In this document: piece by piece, positions 59,138-64,000 of the stretch
Numbering within the stretch: the stretch's first letter is position 1
How the letters are laid out: each line of letters begins with the position of its first letter
Assembly: GCA_049903315.1 (NCBI GenBank)
Contig: JBNGBT010000003.1
Span: 249,816-313,815, forward strand
DNA: 64,000 bases
Source: Candidatus Cloacimonadota bacterium
Lineage (GTDB): Bacteria > Cloacimonadota > Cloacimonadia > JGIOTU-2
Reading direction: 5' to 3'
Program-made: the position numbers and the translations under genes
Notes under the pieces: generated by a model
What the model was told of the DNA's origin: nothing
Database searches by the model: none
The model's input: the letters and a program-made list of their open reading frames with translations, nothing else

Positions 59138-60139
59138 ATGTTTAAAAAGCTTTTTATCATAGCTTTAGCAACTTGTACGATAACCGGAGTTCTCGTTGCG
59201 CAGGCAATGACTGACAGAGAAATCCAACAAATAGAATATGATGCCGGAACTGCATATAATGAAGGTGTGGAGCTCTATACTCAGAAAGATTATCAGGGTG
59301 CAATAGATAAGTTTGTCACTTCTCTTGACCTCTATAAAAAGATCGATACAGAAGCAAATCCCAAAACAGACCGCATCCGCGAATTATACAAGAATCTCTC
59401 TGTGATGTATTATACTACCAAACAATATCCCAAAGCAATTGAATTCTATAAACTTCGCCAGCAATACGAACCGGACAACTACCAGATCGTGATTTCTCTC
59501 AGCACAATCTATGAAGCAATGGGGGAGAAAGATAAAGAACTTAAGGTTCTTCTTGATTGGGATAAAAATTATGATGAATATAAAATCAGCAAAAAAATCG
59601 CAACGATCTATGAAGATAATAACGATCTTCCAAATGCGATAGTATATTATACGGATGCGTTCAATCTCAATCCGAAAAAAGTTGAATTTCTTGAAAAGAT
59701 CGCTATGTTCTATCATAAAACTGATGAGACACCAAAAGCGATAAAAGCATACGAAGACTATATTGCAACTGACCCGGCTGATTATATCCTGAGAAAAGTC
59801 TATAAAAACCTCGGCATTTTTTATCAAAATATGGGACAGATCGACAAAGCTATTCTTGCTTTTGAGAATTCCCTTGCTCTTAAAAGTGATAAGGATATCG
59901 CATTTACTGTAGGACATCTTTATTATGATAAGGGAGATTATTCCAAAGCCAAGCAGTTTTTGCAGGATGTTTTAAGTATCGATCAAAATAATCCCCAGGC
60001 ACATTACTATATGGGCAAGATATATCGAGAAGAAGAACAGTGGAACAAAGCAATCGCACAATTTGAACTCATTGTGAACAATCCCCAGCTTGGGAAATTT
60101 GCAAAAGAAGAAATCGATTATATCAAAAAACAACAATAG
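59138..60139 (+). CDS. Secreted tetratricopeptide repeat protein
   Basis: Signal peptide behind an AGGAG RBS; tandem TPRs. Confidence 0.85.
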   Translation: MFKKLFIIALATCTITGVLVAQAMTDREIQQIEYDAGTAYNEGVELYTQKDYQGAIDKFVTSLDLYKKIDTEANPKTDRIRELYKNLSVMYYTTKQYPKAIEFYKLRQQYEPDNYQIVISLSTIYEAMGEKDKELKVLLDWDKNYDEYKISKKIATIYEDNNDLPNAIVYYTDAFNLNPKKVEFLEKIAMFYHKTDETPKAIKAYEDYIATDPADYILRKVYKNLGIFYQNMGQIDKAILAFENSLALKSDKDIAFTVGHLYYDKGDYSKAKQFLQDVLSIDQNNPQAHYYMGKIYREEEQWNKAIAQFELIVNNPQLGKFAKEEIDYIKKQQ

Positions 60140-60210
60140 TATTTAAATATATATACTTATTATAAGCTTTCATTAATATAACTTATAAAATTTGAATGAA
60201 GAGGATAGTT

Positions 60211-60993
60211 ATGCGCAGAATGATTATTTCCGGTAATTGGAAAATGTATAAAACCCTCGAAGAAACAATTACTTTTTTTGAGGAACTGTCGGCCTGGGAG
60301 AAGGGCTCTTCTCATAAAAATCAGCTTCTGATCTTTCCACCAAATTTATATACAATGACTGCTCTTGAGAAAACGAGAGAGAATGATATTGATATCGGAG
60401 TCCAGAATATTTATTTCAAAGATTTTGGGGCTTTCACAGGTGAGATATCAGCTCCGATGCTCACTTCGATAGGATCCAAATACGCATTGGTCGGGCATTC
60501 GGAACGGCGTCATATTTTCCATGAGACCGATGAAGATATCAATCTGAAAATATTAGCATTGATCGAGCACAGAAAGCATATTGTTTTCTGTATCGGCGAG
60601 AAAGAAGATCAGAGAGATAACGGGCTGACAGAACAAGTTCTTGAGAATCAACTAATGCGTGGTTTGCGGGATGTACATGAGAAGGATATGGAGCACATCG
60701 TGATTGCGTACGAGCCGGTCTGGGCAATTGGCACCGGCAAAACAGCCACACCTGAAATCGCGCAAGATGCGCATGCTTTCATCAGAAATTGGCTCTCCAC
60801 CCATTTCAATACTCGCGTCGCGGAGAGAACGCCTATCCTTTATGGTGGCAGTGTAAAAGTGGAAAACTGTGATGGGCTTCTAATAAAACCAGATATCGAT
60901 GGCGCACTTATTGGAGGAGCCAGTCTCAAGATCAACGATTATATTGAGATCATAAAAATTTCTGAAGAAGTTGTTCGAAGGAAAAATCAGTAA
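60211..60993 (+). CDS. tpiA: Triosephosphate isomerase
   Basis: GNWKM, GAFTGE, GHSERR, AYEPVWAIGTG, LYGGSV, LIGGASL. Confidence 0.98.
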   Translation: MRRMIISGNWKMYKTLEETITFFEELSAWEKGSSHKNQLLIFPPNLYTMTALEKTRENDIDIGVQNIYFKDFGAFTGEISAPMLTSIGSKYALVGHSERRHIFHETDEDINLKILALIEHRKHIVFCIGEKEDQRDNGLTEQVLENQLMRGLRDVHEKDMEHIVIAYEPVWAIGTGKTATPEIAQDAHAFIRNWLSTHFNTRVAERTPILYGGSVKVENCDGLLIKPDIDGALIGGASLKINDYIEIIKISEEVVRRKNQ

Positions 60994-60994
60994 C

Positions 60995-62266
60995 ATGTTA
61001 GATATAAAACTCATTAGAAAAGACCCTGAATTTGTGCGACAGTGTATCAAAAATAAGGGTGAGAAAGCACAGCTCGATACTGTTCTTGAGTTAGACAATA
61101 AGCACCGACAGCTTCTCTTTGATTTTGAAGAGAAACGCAAAGTGCAGAACGCTGTCTCGAAAGAGATCGCACAACTGAAGAAGCAGGGGCAGAGTGCTGA
61201 TGATCAGATCGCAGCGATGAAGAAAGTGGCAGATGAGACAAAAGCGCTCCAGCAGAAGATCAGCGAAATAAGTGAAACGCTGGAAAATGAGCTGTTTGCA
61301 ATTCCGAATATTTTTGATAAGTCTGTTCCAATTGGTTTTGATGAATCTGATAACAGATTTATACGAGAATGGGGCGAGAAACCAGTCTTTGATTTCAAGC
61401 CGCTCGATCATATAGAGCTTGCAGACAAGTTGGATTTATTTGATCTACATCGTGCAGCAAAAATAGCTGGCAGCGGATTTCCTTGTTACACTGGTATGGG
61501 AGCTCAACTCGAAAGAGCTTTGATCAATTTTATGTTGGATTTCCATATAGAAGAGCATGGCTATATAGAGATATTTCCCCCGTTTGTTGCGAATCGCAAA
61601 ACTATGACAGGAACTGGGCAACTGCCTAAGCTGGAATTTGATATGTATCATATTAACGAAGATGATCTTTTTCTGATTCCGACGGGTGAGGTTCCGCTTA
61701 CTAACCTTCACCAGGATGAGATATTGCAGGATGAGCTACTTCCTCTCAAATATACCGCATATACTCCTTGTTTTAGAAGAGAAGCTGGTTCATATGGAAA
61801 AGATACAAAGGGTTTGCAGCGTGTTCATCAATTCAACAAGGTTGAGCTTGTACAGTTTGTGAGACCAGAAAGTTCTGAAATTGCATTGCAGGAAATTCTC
61901 TCACAGGCGGAAGCGGTTTTGCAGCAACTGGGTTTGCCGTATCGCGTTATGCAGCTTTGCAGCGGCGATCTGAGCTTTGCAGCGTACAAGTGTTATGACA
62001 TTGAAGTATGGTCTGCCGGGTTGGGAAAATACCTGGAAGTAAGCTCATGTTCGAATTTTATTGACTTCCAATCCAGGCGAGCCCAAATTCGGTTCCGTTC
62101 ATCCCAAGATGGGAAAGTGCATTTTGTGCACACTTTGAATGGTTCCGGGGTTGCAACACCTCGAACGATGATTGCTCTTTTAGAAAATAATCAAACAATT
62201 CAGGGTGAGATAATTATCCCCGAAGTATTGAGAAAATATATTGGTGGCAGAGAGAAAATAGAGTAG
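60995..62266 (+). CDS. serS: Serine--tRNA ligase
   Basis: MLDIK start, coiled-coil arm, TGQLPK, FRREAGSYG, RVHQF.KVE, EVSSCSN, HTLNGSG. Confidence 0.98.
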   Translation: MLDIKLIRKDPEFVRQCIKNKGEKAQLDTVLELDNKHRQLLFDFEEKRKVQNAVSKEIAQLKKQGQSADDQIAAMKKVADETKALQQKISEISETLENELFAIPNIFDKSVPIGFDESDNRFIREWGEKPVFDFKPLDHIELADKLDLFDLHRAAKIAGSGFPCYTGMGAQLERALINFMLDFHIEEHGYIEIFPPFVANRKTMTGTGQLPKLEFDMYHINEDDLFLIPTGEVPLTNLHQDEILQDELLPLKYTAYTPCFRREAGSYGKDTKGLQRVHQFNKVELVQFVRPESSEIALQEILSQAEAVLQQLGLPYRVMQLCSGDLSFAAYKCYDIEVWSAGLGKYLEVSSCSNFIDFQSRRAQIRFRSSQDGKVHFVHTLNGSGVATPRTMIALLENNQTIQGEIIIPEVLRKYIGGREKIE

Positions 62267-62300
62267 TGGCAGCACTTTGTGAGAAGTGTTACTTTCTTTA

Positions 62301-62392
62301 TTGACATCGGAATAAAATAAATTATGTTTTAATTGCAAAATACTTGACACGAAAAATGTGGTGTCATGAACTCTGCAACACGTTCTTTAAAA
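62301..62392 (+). promoter_or_regulatory. rRNA operon tandem promoters and boxA-like element
   Basis: TTGACA at 62301 (17 nt to TATGTT) and at 62344; GTTCTTTAAAA boxA-like at about 62382. Confidence 0.6.
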
Positions 62393-62467
62393 AACACATA
62401 GGGTGTATACATATTCGCAAGAAACTAAGCAATTAGTTACGCAAAAAATAGTAAATTAAAATACAAA

Positions 62468-64000
<1,533 letters not shown>

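Overview
AT-rich bacterial chromosomal segment, most likely Candidatus Cloacimonadota (WWE1). That assignment is inferred from the 16S sequence and from the gingipain/C25 and FlgD/Por-tail secretome; no database search was run. The backbone is housekeeping: recO, pckA, alr, lpxH, rmuC, pncB, ligA, glnA, xerD, tpiA, serS, tRNA-Val(TAC), tRNA-Ala(CGC) and a 3'-truncated 16S rRNA. It is interspersed with secreted proteins carrying a YPNP-type C-terminal tail. Most interesting unexplained loci: (1) 46.3-50.5 kb, a free-standing PEP-CTERM-like micro-protein, an alkaline-phosphatase-superfamily/TPR protein, a sulfotransferase and two tandem paralogous Tyr-rich secreted proteins with no sorting tail of their own; (2) 28.3-33.1 kb, a membrane-anchored S-x-D/E-F repeat protein, a gluzincin/beta-propeller/beta-barrel outer-membrane protein and a PrsW-family intramembrane protease; (3) an MCE transporter operon with its own outer-membrane barrel; (4) alanine racemase with a ~270-aa unknown C-terminal domain; (5) a Thermococcales-like HypA/ATPase-type HypB pair; (6) a RAYT transposase with co-varying GTAG REP palindromes, and a separate REPIN-like element. 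No CRISPR array, prophage or reverse transcriptase was seen. Product calls rest on motif recognition by eye.
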